A DNA stretch of 64,000 nucleotides from Balanoglossus misakiensis (lineage: Eukaryota; Animalia; Hemichordata), in contig CM082578.2 of the NCBI GenBank assembly GCA_040954595.2, positions 17,553,912 through 17,617,911 of the forward strand, in the 5' to 3' direction. Each line of letters starts with the position of its first letter. Position 1 is the stretch's first letter. Position numbers and translations under genes: made by a program. Positions 52,973-64,000 of this stretch are shown here, piece after piece. Below the pieces are notes generated by a model. That model saw only the letters and a program-made list of their open reading frames with translations. It made no database searches and was not told where the DNA came from.

Positions 52973-54243
52973 TCAAGAGATTGTTTACGTGATGAACCCA
53001 TAAGCGTGTGCTATTGTCTATAGAGTACATTGATCGTGTTGCTGGAAAAGACTATTCCAGGTCCTGGTTTAACTCAGAGATTGGCGGCCATTTTGAATGT
53101 CAAATCTGAGACAATTTGGCCTTATTCATTTCATGTTGTAGTCAAACTAAACCAAGCTGCATGAAAAAGAAATACTTTAGATTAATTGAAATCGCGTAGA
53201 ACCCACTAGTTTTCAATAATTTTGTCCTCTATACGAACGCAGACGGAATGATTTAGCTAGGAAATTATGGTCGTTCATGAGGACCAAAACTTAAAAATCC
53301 CAATCCATCAGGATAAACCACTTATGTATTGCGTATCGCATTATTCATCAAATGTGGAAGAATCTCTCTTCCTTTTAACCATGCTCTTTATCATCGCGAC
53401 ATCCTTTTATAATTGACTTCAATTAATAACTTTCATTTGACAACAGGCAATTTCAGATAGATTGGTATCGCGGATATTTCTTATGTTTTATGCGTTTGCT
53501 TAGAGTGTAGATTCTTTGAGATTTATTTTCAACAAGACATTTTAATTTATTGCATGAACGTTTCCTCGTCACTATTTTAGCCTGTGACAAGTACTATATA
53601 GAAACACTAGACTTGCTGTCTTAAAAAAAATGCTTTGTTAATGTTCGAATGTAAATGACGCGCTATCAAGTTGCATTGTTAGCAAAAGTGATTTCAACAT
53701 GGATATATGGTCTTATGTCGATTGTGAACTTTTAGAAATGTTTTACTCTTTGATAGAAGTTAATAAACTTACATTGATGCATGTATATGTTGATGGCACT
53801 TAAAACTTCTGTCTTAATCGGTTCATCTCATATAACTTTCCAAACCCATCATGCAGTGAGCACACATATTACACACAACACTCTGAGGTTTTAATCTTTT
53901 TTAAAAGTCATATACAATCGGTAGCAAAAGAATCATACAAAATAAAAACTAACAGTGCACACATTCGTCATATTATGCCGTTATAGTTAGTATCTAGTAC
54001 GACAAACTATATTGACCGTTTGGTGGTCACTTTTCATCGTATCGCAAAACAACTTCAACGGAAGGCAGTGCCAAGTTTGTTAAAACGGCCCAGGCTTTTC
54101 CAAATAGCTGTACGTAATATGAAAAAAATTACAGGATGTCACAATACATGTCCTTCTGAAAAACTAAGATTTACTGAGAAAATAAGATTTAGAAAAGTTA
54201 ACAAACTGTTTTATGGATTTATCCTACCCATTATAATTTTCTT

Positions 54244-56385
54244 CTATTTGATTGAAAATGTTTCATACAAAAGTGCGGGGCCCCTGGGGATTGGCGACAT
54301 GGGTGTGTATGTCGGATCAGCATGGGGGTCAATCGCTGACATTGGTACATAGTGACGTGTGTCTAACACTCTGTCAGTTCTTTCTGTTGGTCTAAGGTAT
54401 ATATGGTTTATTTTCACTCCAGTTACCGATTCAGATATTTCTCTCGGTTGCAGATATCCGTCACTGGTCTCCTCGACGATGACTGGATCGATTATTTCTT
54501 CGTAAATGACACTAGCTTTTTTCATTCGTTGCGAATCACTTGATCTGACCCTAACCATGTTTTGGTCCCTTTGTCCGTTCTCTTTGCTCTGATTTCTTCT
54601 CCTAACAATCTTCAACACCACTAGTATCAAAATGGCGATGAAAAGGACGCCTCCAGCCGACCCAGTGATCACTAGGATTTTAGCAAATTCACTGTTTGTT
54701 TCTCTGTCGTCGCCACTCGAGTTATCCCTATTGGGCGACGACGACGATGTCGCCCAATAGAGATAGCTCGAAGACGTGAAGGGCGACGTCGCCTTTGACT
54801 CAACGCGCAGGTATACCACAGCGATACCTTTACCAAGGATATTGGCTGCTATGCATGTATATGTTCCAGAATGTTTCACCTGAGCTGACGATATCACAAG
54901 ACTACCTTGGCTAGTAGTGTGTATCGGATCTTCATGTGCCCTTGTCATGCCGCCATCGCTATTCGTGTCGAGTCTTTCTCCTCGTGGTGTTATCCAATAC
55001 ACACTTGGTTCAGGTATCCCAGTTGCGATACACTCCAGTTCTATCGTATCACCCTCTTTCACATAGGCCCATGTTATGGGTGTGAGAAATTCCGGAGACC
55101 TGCACCTCATGTCTGCAGCTGCGGCGATGAAATCCATATCGGCATACTGACTTGGTTTTCGGCACGTGAACCCAATAAAAATAATTCGACTGGTTTCTTT
55201 CTTGTCATCAATCCACTGCCGTAGCCTTTGTAGGCGGCAATCACATTCCCAGGGATTGCCATCAAGGTAAATCGAGAGTTCGTCTTGTAGATTTTCGGCA
55301 GACAGCGGAATGTTGTCAGGTTGCAATGTGGCCAGGTTGTTGCTGTTAAGGAATAGTACCTTCAATGCGCTCAAGTCATCAAAGATATCGGCGGACAGTG
55401 CAGATATCTTGTTGAAAGCCAGGTCTAGATATTGAAGTCTTCGCAAACCGTTAAAAATATCCGCGGGCAGTGTTGTGACCTCGTTATTATTGAGGTACAG
55501 GCTTTGCAGTGAAGTCAATCGACTGAACTGAGTCGGCGCTAGTGACACCAAAGCATTGTATCGCAGGTACAATTTTCTGAGATTGGTGACGTCATCGAAG
55601 ACAGTGACTGGTAATGTTGTCAGGTCGTTGTTGTTAATCCATAGCTCATTCAGTTCAGCCATTCCTCCAAATATATCGTCGGACAATGCAGATATCTTGT
55701 TGTGGGCCAAGTCCAAACGTTGCAAATTTCGCAAACCTCTAAAGATACCAGTTGGCAGCATGGTGATTTTATTGTCATAAAGATACAATTTTTCTAATAA
55801 AGACAACCGATTAAATTGGTCTGGTGCTAGCGACGTCAGAGCGTTATGTTCAAGGTGCAGAGAGGTGAGATTGGTGACGTCATCGAAGACGGGGGCTGGC
55901 AATGTTGTCAGGTTGTTGTTGTTGAGCCAAAGTCCCAGTAGTCGACTTAAGCCGCCAAAGATGTTGGAAGGAAGAGTAGACAGGTTGTTGTAGTGCAAGA
56001 ATAAAGCTCTAACAGAGCGCAAATCATCGAAGACGCCAATCGATAGCGATGCTATGTCGTTGGCGGCGAGGTTTAACGACTTCACACTGGACAGTCCCCT
56101 GAACGCTTCTGAAGAAACGGACGAAATTTCATTATTGTCCAGAAGCAGCATCTCTAATTTTGACAGTTTGCTGAAAACAAGAGATTGAACAGATGCTAAC
56201 TTGTTGCTCTGAAGGTACAAAACCACAGCGTCATCTGGAAAGCCTGACGGTACCTCAGTTAAGGATCTATCTTTGCAGTTGACGGTTCCATCAGGCGAGC
56301 AAACGCACGGCCATGGACAGCATTTTATTCCGCCAACTGCCATTGAGAGTATGAACAGTGACGTCATGACATAGTATGCATCCAT
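54244..56385 (-). CDS. Single-coding-exon LRR-Ig type I membrane receptor (LRRNT, about 13 LRRs, LRRCT, I-set Ig, TM, Tyr-motif tail); about 713 aa
   Basis: Signal peptide from MDAYYV, just after a cag acceptor. Then CPWPCVC LRRNT, 24-aa LRRs, GNPWECDC LRRCT, Ig (LECIATGIPEPSVYW...SGTYTCIAAN) and TM ILVITGSAGGVLFIAILILVVL. No TIR domain. Confidence 0.93.
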   Translation of the reverse strand: MDAYYVMTSLFILSMAVGGIKCCPWPCVCSPDGTVNCKDRSLTEVPSGFPDDAVVLYLQSNKLASVQSLVFSKLSKLEMLLLDNNEISSVSSEAFRGLSSVKSLNLAANDIASLSIGVFDDLRSVRALFLHYNNLSTLPSNIFGGLSRLLGLWLNNNNLTTLPAPVFDDVTNLTSLHLEHNALTSLAPDQFNRLSLLEKLYLYDNKITMLPTGIFRGLRNLQRLDLAHNKISALSDDIFGGMAELNELWINNNDLTTLPVTVFDDVTNLRKLYLRYNALVSLAPTQFSRLTSLQSLYLNNNEVTTLPADIFNGLRRLQYLDLAFNKISALSADIFDDLSALKVLFLNSNNLATLQPDNIPLSAENLQDELSIYLDGNPWECDCRLQRLRQWIDDKKETSRIIFIGFTCRKPSQYADMDFIAAAADMRCRSPEFLTPITWAYVKEGDTIELECIATGIPEPSVYWITPRGERLDTNSDGGMTRAHEDPIHTTSQGSLVISSAQVKHSGTYTCIAANILGKGIAVVYLRVESKATSPFTSSSYLYWATSSSSPNRDNSSGDDRETNSEFAKILVITGSAGGVLFIAILILVVLKIVRRRNQSKENGQRDQNMVRVRSSDSQRMKKASVIYEEIIDPVIVEETSDGYLQPREISESVTGVKINHIYLRPTERTDRVLDTRHYVPMSAIDPHADPTYTPMSPIPRGPALLYETFSIK

Positions 56386-57750
56386 GATCCTGTTGAAATA
56401 AGACAAAACTGTGATGAGTGCAAAATTCCACATCAAAACTTATTTTGGCATGAATTCAACTGAGCCGCGTTGTTTTGAACAGAACACCACAAAGACCCAG
56501 GTATAGCAGGACTGGCTGAAAAACAGCCAACAGATTGAAGAATGCTGACCAAGTTTTTGACAGTCACGTGAAAATGTCACTTCACCTGATGATTTCCGAT
56601 CGTGACTCCTCACGCCGATGAAGTTCGTCTCTGAGAACACTTCAAGTTGGATAAAGACAATCCTGGTTCAATGCGAAGTATTTCCAAGTATTCGAGTCAG
56701 CATTTAGGATCGATGTCTGCTTCAGTGGCTGCGCGTCTCCAAAAAAGTGCCGCCCCCAGGTTTAGGGGTCGTGGGCACGAGCATGGCTAGTTTGTCTTCA
56801 ATCCCTTCTCCTCTAAAAGAAAGATTGAAATTTCCAAAATGCGGAGATTTTATCATGTACCGGCACTCCCAACAGTTAATTAACGCACGACGATCGAAAT
56901 ACAGCTTTACCATTCAACGAAACTTAATAGAGAAATTTTGTTTCACGTGCATGTGTTTTGATTATCCACGCCCCCTAAGGCTTCTTTCGCCCAACATTCA
57001 AATCATAGGACACAAAACAGTCTATAGTTTCTATAGACATAACCCTCGGCTTGGCTGCTTTCGTTTTGTGTAGTTTATTTCCTCGAACCCGATGAATGAA
57101 GGAACGCCAGGCCGTGTGAACACGGTCTATAAATATCCCCTGATGAAATCAGTTTCGTATGGATACAAAGAAACCAGGTCGCGACACAAACAGGCGTGGT
57201 AATCTCCTCTACACCCATAAAATAAAATGACCAGTAATGTAATGAATTGCTCCGATTTTGACTTGAGCTGAGCAAATCCAAAAGTGAAAATATCCAATCT
57301 CTACTAAAACAGGAACTGAGCAGGCGAAACATGTTTTTTGTTTAATGAGAGATTTGTGGGGGTTATGTTGATCCGTCATAAAATCTGTCGGCTTTTAGTT
57401 GACTAAGAACACAAGGTGGGTGCCAAGTCATACACATATCAGAAATTGTACATATTAAATGTGCGTTACTTTACTGCAAGTACCGAATACTGAGTGGGGT
57501 TTTGCACGTATTTTTCTCCCAAAATTGACATCAGATAGAGGTTCTGTGATATAAGGTTACTTCCTGTTCGAACACACAATCCATCAAACATGTGGTTGAG
57601 AACGCGATCCTTCTAGACATTTACCCGTGATGCAACGGTGGTGACGGCGCTAATAAACACATAGGGGGTCTAAAAGCTTACTGGTGGAAGCCACCTGTCA
57701 ACTCGTACAACGCAGATTTTGTTGTTGACTGATTTGCATTCACTTCTACC

Positions 57751-60700
57751 ATGCTGACACTTTCGCTGCTCGTGGCGGTACTGTTTCTTCCGGGAGTGGG
57801 AACAAGTTTCTGCATTTCAAGCTGTACAACACAGGTATGTGCCGATATACTTCGCTGAGGTTTGAACACCGTTAGAGTCCACGCGTGTTTCGAGAAGTGT
57901 CGCCATTATTCACGCTCGAGGACACGGCAAAGCCGAAGAATTTCGGGAAAGGCAGCAGTTAGGCGATGACCTTAGCCTGCTTGCATAATTTACCTTTGTG
58001 TACAACCAAACAATAGTTCGTTTACAGTCCTCAGTCGTAACAGGGATGGTCTTGCATGACCTCTGACGACCCGGACATGGTGTTTTTTGTATGAGTACAG
58101 TACCTGAAATAGGGTATAGATTTCTCGTTGGCATTACACTCATCTACGCCATAAAAGACGTTGAGCCCTATAAAGTCTAAGTGGGTCGGCTATAAATCGC
58201 TGTAGTATTTGCTTGTCGTGCACCCTCTTGTCACTTGGAGATGACATAGATCTACATTGTTTCGAGTAAACACCGCTAGTCTCACCCGACATGTTTCCCA
58301 TTTTTTTCATTTATCCCATATTAAGAGTCCAGCCTTTCCGTCAGAGGTTGGGGGACATAATGCCATGTTAAAATTGGTACAAAAGCCGAAATTAATCATA
58401 ATCATTTGACTTTACACCAGGAAGTGTCAAAGGCAAACGCTGCACTGCAGTCAAAGGTCAGAAGACGGCTCTCGGTTCCCATGGACACGAACTTATCCCA
58501 GTGGCGTACCAACTTTGTCACAAGTCCATAATTACATTAAAATGTGTCATGCTCAAACAGTATTTGACAGGTGACAACGTGTGCAATTAACATCTAGGGA
58601 AATAACTGTTTGTTTTTTTTGTATTTACTCCCTGTAGGTCGAATCCCGTGTTATTCCGTGTACAATACTCGGCCCGTGTGAGTATGGATTATTTATTGAG
58701 GTTTTAAATTTTTGTGCTAAAAAGTGTGACCTGTAACAAGCACTTGGAATTAGCACCTCCCACAAAGTTGAGCCAGGGCCTGCACAAGGAAAGTATTTTG
58801 TTGGCGATGTGCATGACACGGCCGTTGTGTCTTGACAAGAACCATATTTTTGTGTCCTATAGATTCTGATCATAAATGCAGTGTCGAGCCTGTCTTTGAT
58901 CCCGTCGAAGAGTGGGAATTACCTCTTCCACCAGACAATGTAGTACTCGATCAGAACATAAATACAATCAATTATAACGGCGTTAAGGTATACCCTGGAG
59001 TTAACATATCCATGGATCTGGACCTTACATCTGGTAAGCTTTGTACTCTATGTTGTGTCTGACGTGCATGTTGGTGAATTGTGTGCATGTAGAAAGCCCA
59101 ATATGAAGGTTGGATGATGCCTGAATATCACTGAATAATTTTAGAGTTCAATTGACGCAACCTATTTAACCGTACTTCGCCAATTATGCCAGTAAAGAGT
59201 TACCCATACACCCAAAATATACTGAGTTTCATTTTCTCCTTCACTTACAGGGTCTGAGTACATTAAAGGAATACAATTCATTATAAGAGGATTGACAAAC
59301 TACGGCACTGAACTGTATAGCTATACAATGTTTGGACAAGAACATTGTTATTTTTATAACCTAACTGAAGCGGATCTTCGTTATGATGGGGTAAGTTAAT
59401 AATATATAGAATTGAGGCTGCTTGTTGTTACATTACATTGTTCAAAATTTCAACCTCCCTGTCTATCTCCCACTCCCTCCCTCTTCCCCCACAGGTTACG
59501 GACAAGATATCATACTACCAAGACTGCATGAAAGTTCTCTCTCCTTCTTGTCGTTACGAAGTAGAGGTCATAGTTCACCCAGTGTCCAAGTCGGGAAGAC
59601 GAAAAAATGTTATCGAACGTTTCATTACACCGTGTAAGTTCCTAGTTTGAGCTTTGCCAACAGAAAATCATTTTATCTGTGGATGTAAACATGATTTTGT
59701 CAAACGTTCTGAATGAGGAATTCCCCTGGTTCCCCATCGAACCCTTGGATAATGTTTACTGTTTCATCAACAGCCTGTGAGGACCATCCCGATTTCACCG
59801 AATGCAAAGCAAACTCAATAGGTAAGTCTACAGACCTGACAATTCTAGAAGTTCTGAAACCTTCGACAAACATACATATTAAACTTAATCTTACATAAAC
59901 CATTAAAACTATGTTTTCACCAGTTTCATTTCCAATCTCTCCCGTTGCTAAGGGACCCTATTATGATATTGTACAGTTACTACATTTCGTGTCGTTTTCT
60001 GCATACCACAAGCTTATAACTCGCACTAACAATTCTGTCTTCAAGTTCCCATTGTGCGAATTAAATCGTTTCTACTATTTTGGTTCCTATAGAAAAGCGG
60101 CGTGTGTTTTGGGGCCCAACTTTCATTAACAACAACGCAAACTACTCGACGGTAGAAGTTGTGTTCAACCTGCCACCAGAACACTTCAATATGGACGCCT
60201 TTAGGGTACTCATTTGTGCAGTAATCTCAGGGAACGCTTCTGATAGTTCGTGCATGTATGAGGACATAGACAAATATGTAAGTTGTGAATAAGTTTGTCT
60301 GCCTCCGAGTCGACAGTTTCAATGAAGATCGTCGTCGTCGTCAAATCGGATTTTGACAAAATGTATACAGTTACCTGTAACAAGATAAACGCTAACTTGC
60401 ATGCAAAGTCTTCAACTTAAAAGTACTGTTCGGCAGGTTATGAATAATGTGAATACATGTATATAATCCATGTTTCTGTCTTTTTTCTCAGACAATTATA
60501 ACTGATACATTCGATGGCAGAGTTCTTAACGTCACTTCCGTTATCTTCTACGATGTTCTACCCGGAACTTACATAACAAAGGTAAGGGTCACAGGTTGTT
60601 GTTTTGGAGATGTTGGGCGTTCGAAGTAGTTATCTGAGAGAGAGAGAGAGAGAGAGAAAAAAAACGACTGCACCGAGTTTTTTTTAAATCATGGTTACCG

Positions 60701-63256
60701 CGCCTGTCACCTTCGGTTCACTTGAACATGTTGTTCTTGAATTCGACAACAATTTGAACCTGAATATGATTTAAGCTAGAGGTTTTTGTTTCGAAATTAT
60801 TCATTAGGTGAGACCAACACCATCGGATCGCTCCGTATGTCGTCTTGATCATTTGGTAGAATGCACCGTTACCAATTCTGAGCTCTTTGCCGTAATTGGT
60901 GAGTATTCTTCATTCATGGATGAAGAATTTTAAAAGAGCCCGATCATGTCAATAAAGGTTGTAATGGTTCATTCCAATGCTTTTAAATACGATGGATTAA
61001 TTATTTCATTAAATGTTTGCTTTGTGATACCAGCCAACCCATGCGATGAAGTGCCCTGCGGAAATAACGGATCGTGTATCCCGAATGGAACTAATTACAG
61101 ATGCGATTGTGACGATGGGTTCGTATATGTGAGTGGCAAGTGCCAGCCAATTCGTGAGTACATTCTTACGTTTTATACAGACCCCAAATTATTCCTCAAT
61201 ACCTAAATACGCCAGTCGACGATCTTCTCTGAAAGTTGAGCCCACGGTCGTGTTCCACTGAAAAACCAACCAATGGGAATTGAGAGTGTGAGACTAAATT
61301 CCCGTGTTCACATGATGATTGCAAAACATTATTATATGAAGTCCGGTATGTCTATACACGCTGTTTGTTTTCAGCTAATCCTTGCGATGATCAACCATGC
61401 GGCGGTGATCTGACGTGTACACGAAATGGCACCAACTACACGTGTTCCTGTGATGACGGCTTCGTAGCAGTGCAAGGGGATTGTGTCCAAGGTACTTCCG
61501 TACAAATAATAGGGAATCTATAGTGAGGCAGGAAAGAATGATGGCTTTGTTGTCCATTCAGCCGAATGAATATACATGAATATTAATATACATCTGGAAG
61601 TCCATAAGTACATGAGGCTGGGTGTGGTTGTTTTTTGGTAAAGTACATGTAGGTTAATTATAGGAAAGTGAGTGGGAGGTAGGCCGGGTATATACATGTA
61701 TGTAGCTATGTAAGTCGGGGGAGGCATTGGCTAATTGCACACAACAATTCCTTGATGGTGTTTAAATGCAGCACAGGTCCTGACACAAGAATAAAGCAAG
61801 AAGACTTTTCATTTGTCTTGATAGTGTCAACGTCTAGTCCTGTCATTAAAACCGTTATGGCCGTCCTAGGAGCAGCTGCGGGCGTGGTTCTCCTTGGCGT
61901 GGTAATAATATGTTACAGACGCCAATGGCGGAATAAGTCACCCACGCCCCCACCCACTGAAGCCTCGCTGGAGAGCATCGCGGAATCCGACACGGAGAAT
62001 GTCAACGGCAACACTGGTTGTATCAATAGAGCGATGAGCGCCGACACACAGAAGCAACGGCTACGGGGAAATGGCGAGTCAGTTATGCACCCTCTCCAGA
62101 AAATGCCAAGAAGTTATGTTGATTTACCCAGGGAAGACGAAAACGCCATTCTCACTCGATTTGGAACGCCTGCGACGTTCGAAATCGGTAAAGATAAACA
62201 GTATTTTGTAGCTATCCTTCGAAACCAAATGCTGTAACATTACCTCGATATAATGCAATTTGGATCAAATGCAAGCCATTCCCGATACCTTGTGTTTAAA
62301 CGCGTTACTGAAAAATAACAGAATTGTAGTTGACAAACAGGACAGACCAACACAATTGACTGTTGCTTGATTTTGTTATTGCGTATTTTTCGTCTGCAGA
62401 ATCTCCCGGTACGACTGACCCTGCGCAGCGACGCTGCAAAATAGCATTGCTGGGTTATGATGACACGGAAAAACATAAGCACATCATCGAGCAGCTGGGC
62501 GTTCTGTGGATGGAGTGTGGCATCGACGTCATACTGCCATCATGGAGTGACAAAGAAATTGCAAAGACGCTGCCTTTGCCTTGGTACACCTCGGTGGCGA
62601 GGGAGGTTGACAAAATTGTGCTGATCGTTTCTGAGGGCGTCAAGAGGCGATGGAAAGAACTTGAATCTGCTGGGGGAATGCAACAATGTGATGACGTCCC
62701 CGCTACCCAGTACACAGCTGCTCATGTAAATAACATCATACTAAATATCGCTATCGATTTGATGTGCGTGGATGTGCAAAGAGGAGAGCTCCGCCACGAC
62801 AAATACGCCCAGGTCCTCCTTCCTTACTCACGAGAGGACCAGACCATTCCGTTCTTGAGTAGAACGTACAGCTTTCCGCGCGACGTCGAGTCGATGTATT
62901 TCTACCTCCTTGGTTGCAGGGAAAGTGAGCCTCGCACCAGGAGGACGGTGCCTGGCGTTCTGGACATAATGACTAACAGCAGCTGCGGCGTCGCACTGCG
63001 GAGGGACATCGAAGAGATGCAGAGATACGTCACCGAAAACCCAAACTGGTACCAGGACGAACACGGCAGTAACCGAGCATCTGCCGGTGCCTTGTCTAAC
63101 AGAGATTCAGCCTCGGGCCAAAGTAGCTCGTCATTATCAGATGAAACTCTCCAAGAAACATCGAGTCTGATGTATGGAAAGCAACAACAGCAGCAGCAAC
63201 AAAGAAGGGCCCCAGTTGTAAATGGCAATGCGTCTGGGAGATTTACATATATATAG
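57751..63256 (+). CDS. IL-17 receptor family gene D: signal peptide, ectodomain, 2 EGF, TM, long juxtamembrane segment, divergent SEFIR; about 814 aa
   Basis: Ectodomain exons 57751-57834, 58638-58677, 58863-59033, 59251-59390, 59495-59633, 59774-59821, 60093-60277, 60492-60581, 60808-60898. EGF exons 61034-61153, 61375-61491. TM 61825-62187, SEFIR 62400-63256 (sum 2445 nt). Motifs KIVLIVSEG and YVTENPNW. Confidence 0.87.
60637..60657. repeat. (GA)n microsatellite
   Basis: Direct tandem repeat in an intron of gene D. Confidence 0.85.
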
Positions 63257-64000
63257 GGATTGAACCACACACCTGTTACGGGATCAATTACTTAACTTGA
63301 TCGACCAATCGATCGACAACATGGGCTGCAGTGTAAATTCAATAAATGGCATCTCCTCACAAATATGAAAACCAGAGAATATCAAACATTCTGAAGTCGA
63401 CATCCGAAGATATCGACATTATTTCAAAAGATAGTGTTTGATATTAATAGGCCAACTCGAGATTCGAGATATCACTCGCCTCAGTTCGTGGCGCTGCTTG
63501 ATTCTGACGTTTCTGACTATTAATGCACGGGTTTCCAAGCAACATCCTTGATTTTTTTATGATGAAAAGTTGCATCGTTTTGTCACTGAGTATTCTGTGT
63601 TCTTCGATTTACGTGATCCTTTACGCAAGCTCAGACAAATAACAGTTTACTGGAATTACAAAGTCTTCTTTTTTTCAATGTCGACTATCTTGCTTTGCCT
63701 CGCCTTACAGTATGTTACATCTGCAATGTCTTGCAAGCATGGGTAATATACGAGTTTTCACTGATAATACATATCCGAGCACACAGGGAGTGTCTGTTGG
63801 TTAGTGAAACCAAAACTGATCCTGTTCTGTTGCAAAGCGAAGTCGCTGATAGAGTCGTTTGATGCCAGGCTGGCTCGGTCTTCGGGTTGCTCTACGGGCG
63901 GCACGTACACGAATTCCTGCGTCCAGGAAAAATCTTCTGGTTCAGGGGGACAGTTTGCAAACCGGTTGATGACCTTTGGCAGCGTGTACGGGTGTGCGTC

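Noticed and set aside
54244-56385. Toll-like receptor or VLR identity for the LRR gene
   Set aside because: It has an Ig domain and a TM helix, no TIR, no GPI-type stalk and no flanking LRR cassettes.
58421-58456. 36-nt in-frame segment (EVSKANAALQSK) in intron 1 of gene D
   Set aside because: Weak donor (gtcaga) and no counterpart in paralogs A-C.
1-64000. Prokaryotic systems (CRISPR arrays, operons, IS elements) and rRNA or tRNA genes
   Set aside because: The sequence has spliceosomal introns throughout; I saw no repeat-spacer array, transposase ORF or recognisable structural RNA by eye.

Overview
Intron-rich eukaryotic genomic DNA from an animal, probably a marine invertebrate (taxon is inference only). 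I rebuilt the genes by hand from GT-AG exon chains because the ORF track fragments them. Left half: an axonemal inner-arm dynein heavy chain most like DNAH12 (minus strand, about 55 coding exons, 3' end off the left edge). It is head-to-head with IQUB (plus strand, about 997 aa) across a few hundred bp of putative bidirectional promoter. Right half: a tandem array of four IL-17-receptor-family genes (A-D) sharing the same 9-exon ectodomain. A, B and D are membrane receptors with a SEFIR domain and, unusually, 3, 1 and 2 EGF modules above the membrane. C has no EGF, TM or SEFIR and ends in a K/R-rich tail, suggesting a dedicated secreted, matrix-tethered IL-17 decoy. A single-coding-exon LRR-Ig-TM receptor with tyrosine signalling motifs lies antisense inside the array. 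Also seen: candidate microexons in the two longest dynein introns, a candidate soluble isoform of receptor A, two TTAA-type MITE families and microsatellites. Family assignments rest on motif recognition and recalled homolog sequences; no database search was run.
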